DNA of 64,000 nucleotides from Candidatus Poribacteria bacterium (lineage in GTDB: Bacteria > Poribacteria > WGA-4E > PCPOR2b): the NCBI GenBank assembly GCA_965208325.1, contig OZ242326.1, positions 1,920,001 through 1,984,000 on the forward strand, in the 5' to 3' direction. Both the position numbers and the translations under genes were made by a program. Under the pieces are notes generated by a model. It was not told the DNA's origin and ran no database searches. It saw nothing but the letters and a program-made list of their open reading frames with translations. Shown here piece after piece: positions 49,015-58,773 of the stretch; within the stretch, counting starts at the first letter, position 1, and each line of letters begins with the position of its first letter.

Positions 49015-50235
49015 ATGAAGAGGTTATTAAAGATACTCATGATTCTTGTGTTGGTTGCCGGTGCCGGGTGTAACCAACAGGTGATTACGCAACTGGAAGT
49101 TGGTCGAGACAAGCTGCTCGACGCAGGTCTGGAAATCGAGGCTATTGAGCACCTAACATTGGCTGAAAATAAAGAAGCCAAGTCTGAAATCGAAAAAGTG
49201 GAACCGCGGGCATTATTGTTGATTGCCTATACGACAGCGCTTTCAAGCGGCGATGCTAAGACCTTGAAGGCAAATCTTGTTGATGATTATAAAGAAGAGC
49301 GGCAGAGGAGACTTGCCGCGTTGAACACGGCGGAAATGAGGAAAATCTTAGATGTGCTTAATGAACGGCACCGCGTCCAAAAAGATGCAATGCAAGTGTT
49401 AATCGATAAAGGGGCCGAGGCCGTACCTTTATTGATTGAAAGCCTTGGGCGGGCTTGGAAGTATGCGCAGATAAAGGGTGAAATTATCGATATGTTATAT
49501 GAGATTGGTTCGCAAGGCCTAGACCACGTAATCGTTGCGCTCAAATCGCCTGATACTTCGGCTGATGCGAAGTCTACGCTTGTGCAGATAGTTGGGAAGA
49601 TTAACGATACTCGCGTACTTTCAGAATTGGAATCAATTCGAGACGGGCTGAGCGCCGCGGATGCAGGGTTGATAATGGAACTTAACGTTGCGCTCTATAA
49701 GCTAGGCAAGAAATCAATTTATAAACCGAAAATTATCGCAGGCTTAAGTGATAGTGAGGTTTCCGTGCGCCGTGCCGCATCGAAGGCACTGTCGGAGTTG
49801 AACGATTCGCCCGCGGCTCAAATCGTCAGTGTTCTACAAGACTCTGACGCTGAAGTGCGTATGTATGGTGCACGAGCGCTACAAAAATTTCCGACGGAGA
49901 CTGCGGTCGTCCCGTTAATTAAAGTCCTCAAGTCGGATTCCGATGCGGACACCAAAAAAGCGGCAACGAGAGCGCTGATTGTGCACGCCAAAAAGGGGTT
50001 GGGGAAAAACATGGCGGTGCGTTTAATCAATGAATTGGATCAGTTAGATGACCCAAACGACCGTCTGCGGGTTGTCCAGATACTCAAAACCGAAGAGCTT
50101 GTAAAACAGATTAAAGCCCATCCGTCAGAGGACAATCTTGAATACAATCTCTGGAAATATTATAACGACGAAGAAAAGAATGACATGGTGAAAGAGGAGT
50201 TAAACCTTTTGTTGCTTATGTTAGAGTCGGCCTAA
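49015..50235 (+). CDS. HEAT/PBS-lyase repeat lipoprotein
   Basis: Lipobox-like LVAGAGC; L.D....VR..A..AL repeats. Confidence 0.78.
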   Translation: MKRLLKILMILVLVAGAGCNQQVITQLEVGRDKLLDAGLEIEAIEHLTLAENKEAKSEIEKVEPRALLLIAYTTALSSGDAKTLKANLVDDYKEERQRRLAALNTAEMRKILDVLNERHRVQKDAMQVLIDKGAEAVPLLIESLGRAWKYAQIKGEIIDMLYEIGSQGLDHVIVALKSPDTSADAKSTLVQIVGKINDTRVLSELESIRDGLSAADAGLIMELNVALYKLGKKSIYKPKIIAGLSDSEVSVRRAASKALSELNDSPAAQIVSVLQDSDAEVRMYGARALQKFPTETAVVPLIKVLKSDSDADTKKAATRALIVHAKKGLGKNMAVRLINELDQLDDPNDRLRVVQILKTEELVKQIKAHPSEDNLEYNLWKYYNDEEKNDMVKEELNLLLLMLESA

Positions 50236-50631
50236 CGGTCGGGAAATACCTAAATTTCCCGGTACTGCTGCACAATCTTTCAGTATAATCTGTATCGCCA
50301 CATCCCTGCCAAAATTCTAAAGTTTATTCTGCATTCATAACTAGATAGTTGGAAAATCGCCGATTTGGAAATCGGCGCCGCAAGGCAACCTTTCCGCTAG
50401 TCCGTGTAAAACCCGTCCGCACATTGTTTATCCCCTATTGGATTTGATGTCCTGCCTGAAACGCCAACCCGATGCATTATTTAAAGATGATCTTCGCGTA
50501 TGCTTCCGGACACCGGATGTCCAATGCGCAATTTCGGAATTGCGATGTCTCTGCGTCACACCCATTTTTGGTCGTTTGATTGGGATGTAAAAAACAGGAG
50601 GGATGTTGGGGATTGAGCGGGGCGGATTGCA

Positions 50632-51350
50632 ATTAAAAAACCGAGTTTTGAAGAAAAAACTCGGTTTCAAATAGGGGTCGCGATTCGGAGATTGCTCCTA
50701 CAGGGGCGATAGTTTTCTCCGGTTTTAATCTTGTCTTGATTCCCGACGCAAGCCGACCTACAAGAACTTTGCGGACGGCACACGGAGTGTGCCTGCTACT
50801 TTAGCGCGGCAAGATGCCGCGCCTACAAAGGAAATGGATGTGAGTGAAGCAAGATGCCGCGCCTACAAAGGAAATGGATGTGAGTGAAGCAAGATGCCGC
50901 GCCTACAAAGGAAATGGATGTGAGTGAAGCAAGGTGGAGCGGATACGGGGGAAGAAGACGGTTGAGATGCGGCGAATTTTGAAGAAACCGTTTGAAGAAA
51001 AAACTCGGTTTCAAATAGGGGTTGCGATTCGGAGATTGCTCCTACAGGGGCGATAGTTTTCTCCGGTTTTAATCTTGTCTTGATTCCCGACGCAAGCCGA
51101 CCTACAAGAACTTTGCGGACGGCACACGGAGTGTGCCTGCTACTTTAGCGCGGCAAGATGCCGCGCCTACAAAGGAAATGGATGTGAGTGAAGCAAGATG
51201 GAGCGGATACGGGGGAAGAAGACGGTTGAGATGCGGCGAATTTTGAAGAAACCGTTTGAAGAAAAAACTCGGTTTCAAATAGGGGTCGCGATTCGGAGAT
51301 TGCTCCTACGGCGGGTGGGTTTTGGATGAATCCGCTCTGCCCAACTTACA
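50632..51350. repeat. Mosaic REP tandem region (two units of about 345 and 265 bp plus a partial third, with an internal 3 x 40 bp repeat)
   Basis: aagaaaaaactcggtttcaaataggg..gcgattcggagattgctcctac three times; aagatgccgcgcctacaaaggaaatggatgtgagtgaagc at 50811, 50851 and 50891. Confidence 0.85.
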
Positions 51351-51639
51351 CGAGCTCGCAAGTGCAGTGATTTAGATTGACGCGTACCTGCCCATTTGAT
51401 ATGCTATAATCTTATGTGAACACGTGAAAACCGGTGCATGCCGCATCATTCGCATCGCACCGTGGAAGCGGTTCAACAGTTGCAGCCGCGTCCCGGGCGA
51501 AGATGACAAACTGGGAATTTAGAACCCAAGAAAGATATTGTCCGCCAGCGGCGGCATCTCAATTACATTTGTCAATTCAGGATGCCGCGGCTAGGTTTAG
51601 AACTGAAAGGGGAAGTTCTGATTTTCAGGGGCATTGCGC

Positions 51640-52398
51640 TTAAAACTGTTCATAGACATCTTCGCGGTTATGGCCCCTACGACCGGGACACAATCGCTGC
51701 ATCTCCGGAGGCATACGTTCATACGTCTCGGGCCAGAGCGGTTGGTGGCCGCCTTCGTTCCAGTTGTTGAACCAGCGCGGGTAGTAAGCGATGTTAAGCC
51801 CGACGCGAATTTCGTCGGTAGTTGAATTGGGGCGAGCCATGTGATATAGACCGCTGTGCCACATCATAACGGAACCCGGCCTGCCCGTGACCGCCTTGAT
51901 TAACGGGCTATCGTGAGTTATGCTCGGCGGCGGCCCCTTGAGCCGGGAGCGATGGCTCATCGGTACAATTCCCGTTGCGCCATTTTCAACGGTGAAGTCA
52001 GTGAGCATCCAGATAGAATTTACCATCCACGCCACGTCCGGCACTTCAGCGAAATGTGCAGCGGAATCGACGTGCAGTCCTTGAGGGCCTGCTCCCGGCC
52101 ACGTTGGCTTGGAACAAGCCTCGGCAACACGACAGGTTTCTCCAAGAAAATGTCTGACTACGGCTACAATGTCTGGATGGCTGGCGCAGGTCCAGACCCT
52201 ATCGTCCAAGTTTAACATGCCAAACAGTGTTTGGTAGTATTTGTCGCCGGTGTTATAGCGCTGGTATTGGGGATCTGCGTGAATTTCCAAGAATCGCTCC
52301 GCCATGCTGCGAGCCATGTCTTCTGGAATGCGATCTTCTAGGACGCAGTAACCGCAATCATTCATTGAGTCAATTGCAGCTTTGATATCATCGTTCAT
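51640..52398 (-). CDS. Phytanoyl-CoA dioxygenase (PhyH) family Fe(II)/2OG enzyme
   Basis: GYCVL, LHVDS (HxD), WMLTDFT.ENGAT..VP.SH, G.V....S.LYH...N. Confidence 0.88.
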   Translation of the reverse strand: MNDDIKAAIDSMNDCGYCVLEDRIPEDMARSMAERFLEIHADPQYQRYNTGDKYYQTLFGMLNLDDRVWTCASHPDIVAVVRHFLGETCRVAEACSKPTWPGAGPQGLHVDSAAHFAEVPDVAWMVNSIWMLTDFTVENGATGIVPMSHRSRLKGPPPSITHDSPLIKAVTGRPGSVMMWHSGLYHMARPNSTTDEIRVGLNIAYYPRWFNNWNEGGHQPLWPETYERMPPEMQRLCPGRRGHNREDVYEQF

Positions 52399-52619
52399 GG
52401 AATTTGCGTTGCGCCTCCTAATGTTGTTGAAGATGTGACGTTTTTGCTAAGGTTTTGCGGAAGAAAATACTTCAAGTGGTATCATGACTTCGAGGAAATT
52501 ATAAACAATACGACAACTTCAGCAAAAACTCTTCCGTGAAATATGTTGCAATTATAGCAATTGGGTGACAATTTTGCAACAAAAAAGGATGGACGCGCGC
52601 AGAAGCTAATCGGACGGAT

Positions 52620-53806
52620 ATTTCTATTTACCTGCCGCCGCGTTGGGGCAATAGGGCAGGTTTTTGCCGTGTGAGGGCGGCTGGTTACCGGGCGCAATTT
52701 ATTGTGCGATTGGAATGGAAAACACAAGAGTGTTTCTGGGGATGAGCTGCGGCGTTGGTGATTGGTAATTCATTTGGGATGGGTGAGGTTTTTAAGGCAG
52801 AAGACTATCGCCCTCCCTATTCGGTCGGTTGATCGTTGGGTTTCGCTTCATTCATCGGATTTTGCACGCAGTTGGGATGGTGGTGCGGTTCGTTAAAATG
52901 GGCGTTTTTTGAATGAATCCGCTCTACCCAACCTACAAGCTGGGCTATGATTAAGCTCATGTAGGTTGGGTTAAGCGGTTTAAACGATAGTCGCGTAAAA
53001 TTTCGAATGGATAGTGTTATTTGAATATTTGCGGAAGTTGTTAAGGTGTAGCGAACCCAACGCTTTTGCGTTTAAGAAACCGAGTTTTGAAGAAAAAAAC
53101 CATAAAAAACTCGGTTTCAAAAAAAGTCGCGATTCGCAGATTGGTCCTACAGGATACAGGAGCTGTCTGAACTGTGATTTATATGATTAAATGATGGGCT
53201 ATGATTAAGGGAGGACATTATCATTCGGGATGGGTAAGGTTTTTAAGGCAGAAGACTATCGCCCTCCCTATTCGGTCGGTTGATCGTTGGGTTTCGCTTC
53301 ATTCATCGGATTTTGCACGCAGATAGGATGGTAGTGCCGTTCGTTTTGATGGGCGGTTTTTGAATGAATCCGCTCTACCCAACCTACAAGCTGGGCTATG
53401 ATTAAGCTCATGTAGGTTGGGTTAAGCGGTTTAAACGATAGTCGCGTAAAATTTCGAATGGATAGTGTTATTTGAAAATTTGCGGAAGTTGTTAAGGTGT
53501 AGCGAACCCAACGCTTTTGCGTTTAAGAAACCGAGTTTTGAAGAAAAAAACCATAAAAAACTCGGTTTCAAAAAAAGTCGCGATTCGGAGATTGGTCCTA
53601 CAGGATACAGGAGCTGTCTGAACTGTGATTTATATGATTAAATGATGGGCTATGATTAAGGGAGGACATTATCATTCGGGATGGGTAAGGTTTTAAAAGC
53701 GTTGGGTTTCGCTTCATTCATCGGATTTTGCACGCAGTTGGAATGGTGGTGCGGTTCGTTAAAATGGGCGTTTTTTGAATGAATCCGCTCTACCCAACCT
53801 ACAAGA
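52620..53806. repeat. Mosaic REP tandem region (451-bp unit twice plus a partial third)
   Basis: gctctacccaacctacaag at 52921, 53372 and 53787; contains an inverted pair ccgctctacccaacctaca...tgtaggttgggttaagcgg. Confidence 0.88.
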
Positions 53807-53850
53807 GCTATCGCCCGTTCTGGGTTTTGGCTGTATGAGGGATTTGAATT

Positions 53851-54690
53851 ATGACTTATTCTATGACTGACGAGCAGCGATTTACCTTCGATTTGAAGGG
53901 TTGGCTGATGATTCCGTCCGTGTTGCAACCGGACGAAATTAGAGAGATTAAGGAATTTCTGGATGCCTTAGAGTTCAACCCGGAAACGCTTCCTGAGCGG
54001 GATAGGCATGTTTGCGGGGGCGCATGTTCCCAACTGCTAGATCACCCCGTGGTAGTGGGTGTGTTAAACGAGATTATCCTTTCACCGGGTTCGCTGCGGG
54101 ACGGAGACGTACCCGCAGACACGGGTGACGAGGCAAAACCTTACGGTTTCCGCTGCGACGGTTGGCATCTTGCCCGCCGAACCTACGATCCGAACCGCAG
54201 CGCTTCGGATGCGCCGCCATCACCGCCGCATAACGGCGGTGTGGAGATGTATCCAACGCACAGTTTCAATGTCTTTAACGGGCGCATCTCTTCGCCGGTG
54301 ACCCGGGTGGTGTGGGAGGTGAACCCTGTGAAGAAATGGATGGGGGGCACGCTGTTTATGTCGGGGAGCCACAAGAGCAACTTCACCATCCCACCGGAAC
54401 ACCGCCAGACTGACAGCCCATTGTATGAAACCTATGGGTGCCCGGCGGGTACGGTGCTGTTCTTTTCGGAATCGGTTTGCCATGGCGGTCCACATTGGCT
54501 GGATCCGGAACATGACCGTATGGCGTTGTTTTTCCACTATATGCACGCCTCGTCAAAGTGGCATTACGGGGCGCCGCCACACGAAACCGTGATGGCGATG
54601 CCGCCGAAGCGGCGGAGCCTATTTCGCGGGGTATGGATGGGCGTCGGCCAGACGAATGACGAGTATTCGAAGGAGAACCGCGCAATTTGA
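53851..54690 (+). CDS. PhyH family dioxygenase (variant, HNG in place of HxD)
   Basis: MTDEQRF.FDL.GW...P.VL, LLDHP, F.SGSHK.NF, CPAG.VLFFSE...HG. Confidence 0.78.
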   Translation: MTYSMTDEQRFTFDLKGWLMIPSVLQPDEIREIKEFLDALEFNPETLPERDRHVCGGACSQLLDHPVVVGVLNEIILSPGSLRDGDVPADTGDEAKPYGFRCDGWHLARRTYDPNRSASDAPPSPPHNGGVEMYPTHSFNVFNGRISSPVTRVVWEVNPVKKWMGGTLFMSGSHKSNFTIPPEHRQTDSPLYETYGCPAGTVLFFSESVCHGGPHWLDPEHDRMALFFHYMHASSKWHYGAPPHETVMAMPPKRRSLFRGVWMGVGQTNDEYSKENRAI

Positions 54691-54814
54691 CAACGCATGA
54701 ACGATTCAGCCGCGAGCACATCCAGCGTGCAGGTAGGTTGCTCGTACGTTCATTAGCACATTTTGGCCGGGATATTAATGTTTAGCATAATGCGCAGCAT
54801 TCCTTGAGGACGCG

Positions 54815-56158
54815 ATGAAAAAAGTTCGTATCGGCGGCGGTGCAGGTTTTTCAGGAGACAGAATTTCGCCCGCTGTTGAGTTGGTGGAATCCGGTGATAT
54901 TGATTACATTGTATTCGAGTGCCTCGCTGAACGAACCATAATGCTTGCCCAGCAACGTAAACGCCTTGACCCGTCGAAGGGATACGACCCTTTATTTGAA
55001 AGGCGTATGCGCGCCATACTCGAATCGTGCGCGAAGAAGAACATAAAGATTATTACGAATATGGGAGCGGCAAACCCAAGAGCAGCGGGCAATTTAGTGG
55101 TGCGTTTGATGCAAGAAATGGGGATTGGGGACCTCACGACAGCGGTTGTCAGCGGCGACGATATACTCGACGAGGTGAAACGCGGGCAGCTCCAACTTCA
55201 TGATTTGGACCTCAACCCACAGGAAATTGAAGAACATGTAGTGTCGGCAAATATCTATCTCGGATCAGCCCCCATTTTGGAGGCGTTGCGACAGGGGGCA
55301 GATGTAGTGATTACCGGACGTGTCGCGGATCCCTCGCTTTTTGTAGCCCCCCTACTGTATGAATTTGGCTGGGCGAATGATGATTGGAACCGGGTGGGGC
55401 GCGCGGTCATGTTAGGGCATCTGATGGAGTGCGGCTGCCAAATCAGCGGCGGCTACTATGCCGATCCGGGTTACAAGGATGTTGAAGATCTCGTACGCTT
55501 GGGCTATCCTATCCTTGAGGTTCATGAGGACGAACGCGCCTACATCACAAAGGTGCCCGGCAGCGGAGGAGAGGTCAGCGTAGGCACATGCAAAGAACAA
55601 CTGCTATATGAAGTCCGCGACCCTTCACGCCTAATCACACCGGACGCAGTTTCAGATCTGACCGATGTCCGGTTTGAACAGTCGGCGCCCAACCGCGTGC
55701 AGGTCTTCGGCGGAAGCGGGCGACTGCAACCGAACAAACTTCGGGTTCTGCTGTGTGTTCAAGAGGGCTACATCGGCGAAGGTGAAATCTCCTATGGAGG
55801 CCCCGGCGCTTACGAACGCGCCCAGCTCGCTGCGTCATGTGTGCGCGAATGGCTAGAATCTGAATGCGTAGAACTCAGTGAACTGCGGGTGGATTTAATT
55901 GGCGTTAATCATCTTTATCAGAGTGCTTCCCTACAGTTACAAAGTCCGCCGCCGGAAGTTCGATTACGCGTCAGCGGGCGCGCAGGCACACGGCGTCATG
56001 CGGAAAGCGTGGGGGAAGAGGTGGAAAGCTTATTTCTCAACGGACCCGCCGGCGGCGGCGGGGCGCGCAAATCTGTTCGGGAAGTTACTCCAATGTATAC
56101 GGCCTTTATCGATCGGGGCGCAGTTCAAACAAAGATTGAATTACTCACGCCGAATTAA
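54815..56158 (+). CDS. AtuA-like (DUF1446) acyclic terpene utilisation family protein
   Basis: RIGGGAGFSGDR, FECLAERT, GADVVITGRVADPSLF, GHLMECG.Q..GG, NGPAGGGG. Confidence 0.87.
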   Translation: MKKVRIGGGAGFSGDRISPAVELVESGDIDYIVFECLAERTIMLAQQRKRLDPSKGYDPLFERRMRAILESCAKKNIKIITNMGAANPRAAGNLVVRLMQEMGIGDLTTAVVSGDDILDEVKRGQLQLHDLDLNPQEIEEHVVSANIYLGSAPILEALRQGADVVITGRVADPSLFVAPLLYEFGWANDDWNRVGRAVMLGHLMECGCQISGGYYADPGYKDVEDLVRLGYPILEVHEDERAYITKVPGSGGEVSVGTCKEQLLYEVRDPSRLITPDAVSDLTDVRFEQSAPNRVQVFGGSGRLQPNKLRVLLCVQEGYIGEGEISYGGPGAYERAQLAASCVREWLESECVELSELRVDLIGVNHLYQSASLQLQSPPPEVRLRVSGRAGTRRHAESVGEEVESLFLNGPAGGGGARKSVREVTPMYTAFIDRGAVQTKIELLTPN

Positions 56159-56323
56159 CTTCGCGCCGACAGACGCGGACATAGGGTAAGTTGCAATCCG
56201 CCAGAATAGGACTTTCCGGTTGCATGCGTGAAATAGGCGCGAGGCTAGCGTGGGTTGATTTCAACGACCGGGTGCGGCACATGGGCCGATGCATCGCGCG
56301 ATTAAAAGGAGGAACAAAAATAG

Positions 56324-57481
56324 ATGGAGACTCTAGGCGTAGCAATGATTGGCTATAAGTTTATGGGAAAGGTGCACTCGAGGGCGTACCGTGATGCTAT
56401 CGTGCTCTTTGAACCGAAAACCAGTCCTGAACTTCGGGTAATTTGCGGGCGCGACGAATCGGGAGTCCGGGACGCCGCCGACCGCTACGGGTGGCCGGAA
56501 TACAGCACCAACTGGGAGGAGGTTGTGGGGCGGGATGACATTCAAATCGTCGACATTTCGGTGCCGGGAGACATACACCGCCCGATCGCGCTTGCGGCGG
56601 CGCAGCAGGGAAAACATATCTTGTGCGAAAAGCCGTTGGCGAATTCACTGTCAGACGCGCGAGAAATGGCTCAAGCGGTTGAAGCGGCGGGCATAGTCAA
56701 TATGGTCAGTTTTAACTACCGCCGAGTGCCCGCGGTTGTATTGGCGCGCGAGCTGATTGAAGCGGGCGAAATTGGCGAAATCTACCACTGGCGAGCGTGC
56801 TGGTTGTCAGACTGGGCGACAAGCCCTTACATTCCCATTACTTGGCGATTCCAACGCGAACGGGCAGGCAGCGGTTCGCTCGGCGATCTCGGATCTCACC
56901 TGATAGATTTGGCGCATTACCTAATTGGGCCGATCGAAAAAGCAATTGGATTAACCGAAACTTTCATTAAGGAACGGCCCCTGCTTCCTACTGAGTGTAA
57001 ACCGGGAGTCACTACAGGTTCGGTAAACGTGGATGACGGCGCGCTATTTCTTGCGCGATTTGAGAACGGTGCAATCGGCAGCTTCGAGGCGACCCGAGTG
57101 GCGGGCGGCAGCCGCGAACGGTTCATATTCGAGATTAACGGCAGCCGCGGCAGCGTGTATTTTGACTTTGAACGGCTGAATGAGCTGCGATATTTTTCCT
57201 GGCGTGAACATGCGCGCACACAAGGCTATCGAACCATCTTCGTCGGCCAGAGCGAACACCCTTACGGGAGGCGCTGGTGGCCGCCCGGACTGGGGATAGG
57301 CTACGATGCTTCATTTGTGCACACGGTTTACGACTTCCTCAACGGCGTCGCCGAGAACAAATCTCCGTCACCCGATTTCCGCGAAGCGGTTGGGGTTCAG
57401 GCTGTGCTTGAGGCGGTCGGACACTCGATTGAAGAAGAGCGTTGGGTGAGGGTCTCAGATGTTCTCAACGGGACGCAGTAA
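56324..57481 (+). CDS. Gfo/Idh/MocA family oxidoreductase
   Basis: IGYKFMGKVH, GKHILCEKPLA, FNYRR.PA, GSLGDLGSH..D; aaggagg RBS. Confidence 0.9.
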   Translation: METLGVAMIGYKFMGKVHSRAYRDAIVLFEPKTSPELRVICGRDESGVRDAADRYGWPEYSTNWEEVVGRDDIQIVDISVPGDIHRPIALAAAQQGKHILCEKPLANSLSDAREMAQAVEAAGIVNMVSFNYRRVPAVVLARELIEAGEIGEIYHWRACWLSDWATSPYIPITWRFQRERAGSGSLGDLGSHLIDLAHYLIGPIEKAIGLTETFIKERPLLPTECKPGVTTGSVNVDDGALFLARFENGAIGSFEATRVAGGSRERFIFEINGSRGSVYFDFERLNELRYFSWREHARTQGYRTIFVGQSEHPYGRRWWPPGLGIGYDASFVHTVYDFLNGVAENKSPSPDFREAVGVQAVLEAVGHSIEEERWVRVSDVLNGTQ

Positions 57482-57685
57482 ACGACAGAAGAGTATAGAA
57501 ACGGCTGCATTATTCCATTGAACGCCGCGGGTGCGCCTACCGCAATAGACAAAGGGTAAACGGTTTTTGAGTTTTGCCGTCCTAAATAGAGGGCATTCAA
57601 AGGACGATGCCTGCGCAAATGGCGTGTTCTACGCATAGCATATTTTGCAGCGCATAAACTCAAACTCTAAACGAGGTGAAAAGCA

Positions 57686-58141
57686 ATGAAGCGATTTAGT
57701 TTCCAAACATCATGTATTGGATTCGTTCTAGTATGTATGCTGGGAATAGGAATATCCGTAATTGCAATAGGCCAACAAGATGCTTCCCCTAAGTACACTA
57801 TTCTTGTACTCGGCAGATTGCACCTGACCCCGAAAGGAGACGCGGAGATTGCCGAAAAACTCATGGTAGAGAAACTGCTGCCTGCTGCCAAAAGGATTGA
57901 GGGTTTAAAAATTACGGCGCTGAAGCGGGTGCAGATGCCGGGGCCATCAAGTCAAATGCGGACCAAACAGCCCGATTTCATAATGATGGCTGAAGTTTCG
58001 GATTTGACCGTTCTTGCCAAACTGTGGGCGGCACCGACAGATGATTTGGAAGAGTATGGGAAACAGATGAAGATACAAGCTGGCGCACCGAAATTTGAAG
58101 TGTATCAAATCTTGGAAGGGTCAGCAGACGGAGTAGAGTAA
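57686..58141 (+). CDS. Hypothetical exported protein (possible dimeric alpha/beta-barrel fold)
   Basis: gaggtg RBS, signal-peptide-like N-terminus. Confidence 0.55.
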   Translation: MKRFSFQTSCIGFVLVCMLGIGISVIAIGQQDASPKYTILVLGRLHLTPKGDAEIAEKLMVEKLLPAAKRIEGLKITALKRVQMPGPSSQMRTKQPDFIMMAEVSDLTVLAKLWAAPTDDLEEYGKQMKIQAGAPKFEVYQILEGSADGVE

Positions 58142-58147
58142 AAGATT

Positions 58148-58762
58148 GTGACATCGAATGAGAATAAAATTGCCGCAGCGGCGCTTGATACGGAAAAGCA
58201 GATAACAGATCTTTTTATCGCTCAATGTGAGACACCTGTGGATTTAGAGGAGATAAATCTAAGTCGATTAACACCGTTTCAACGTGCGCTATTGGTCACG
58301 GACGGGACAGTTACGCGGTTTCTCGAAGCTTACACCCTTTCGCCGGTCAAGATTGTGCTGCTCAAGCAGGAGATGGAAACCCTACCTGCCAATCACGTGT
58401 GGCTCAAAGCAAAAAAAGGCACAGAGGTAATTCGACGTCAGGTTTCGCTGCAAACGCTGAATTGCACAGCCCAACCGCCGACTATCCATACCTATGCGAC
58501 GTCCCTCATTGTGCTGAGCCGTACTCCGACGATTATCAGAGAAGGTTTAGCACTTCAGAGCGATGGGTTAGGGACGCTGCTGCAGCGAAGCGGCCTGGAA
58601 ACGCGCAGAGATTTACTATGGTGCGGGGTGGAACGCCCGGAAGATCTACCGGCAGGTCTCGCTAATTTGGAGGAAACAGCGTTTCTTACCCGCACGTATC
58701 GCATTGTAGCTGATGGAAAACCGATAATATTGATAAACGAGCGGTTTCCGATGTGTTCCTAA
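58148..58762 (+). CDS. Chorismate pyruvate-lyase-like (DUF98/Rv2949c) protein
   Basis: L.PFQR.LL.TDGTVT.FLEA, YA.S.I, G.LL....LET.R, RTYRI...GKP...I.E.FP. Confidence 0.78.
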   Translation: MTSNENKIAAAALDTEKQITDLFIAQCETPVDLEEINLSRLTPFQRALLVTDGTVTRFLEAYTLSPVKIVLLKQEMETLPANHVWLKAKKGTEVIRRQVSLQTLNCTAQPPTIHTYATSLIVLSRTPTIIREGLALQSDGLGTLLQRSGLETRRDLLWCGVERPEDLPAGLANLEETAFLTRTYRIVADGKPIILINERFPMCS

Positions 58763-58773
58763 GGGTGGAAGGG

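Noticed and set aside
50358..50377. Rho-independent terminator cgccgattt-gg-aaatcggcg after the HEAT gene
   Set aside because: It lies about 120 nt past the stop with no U-tract on +, and could equally be another REP-like palindrome.
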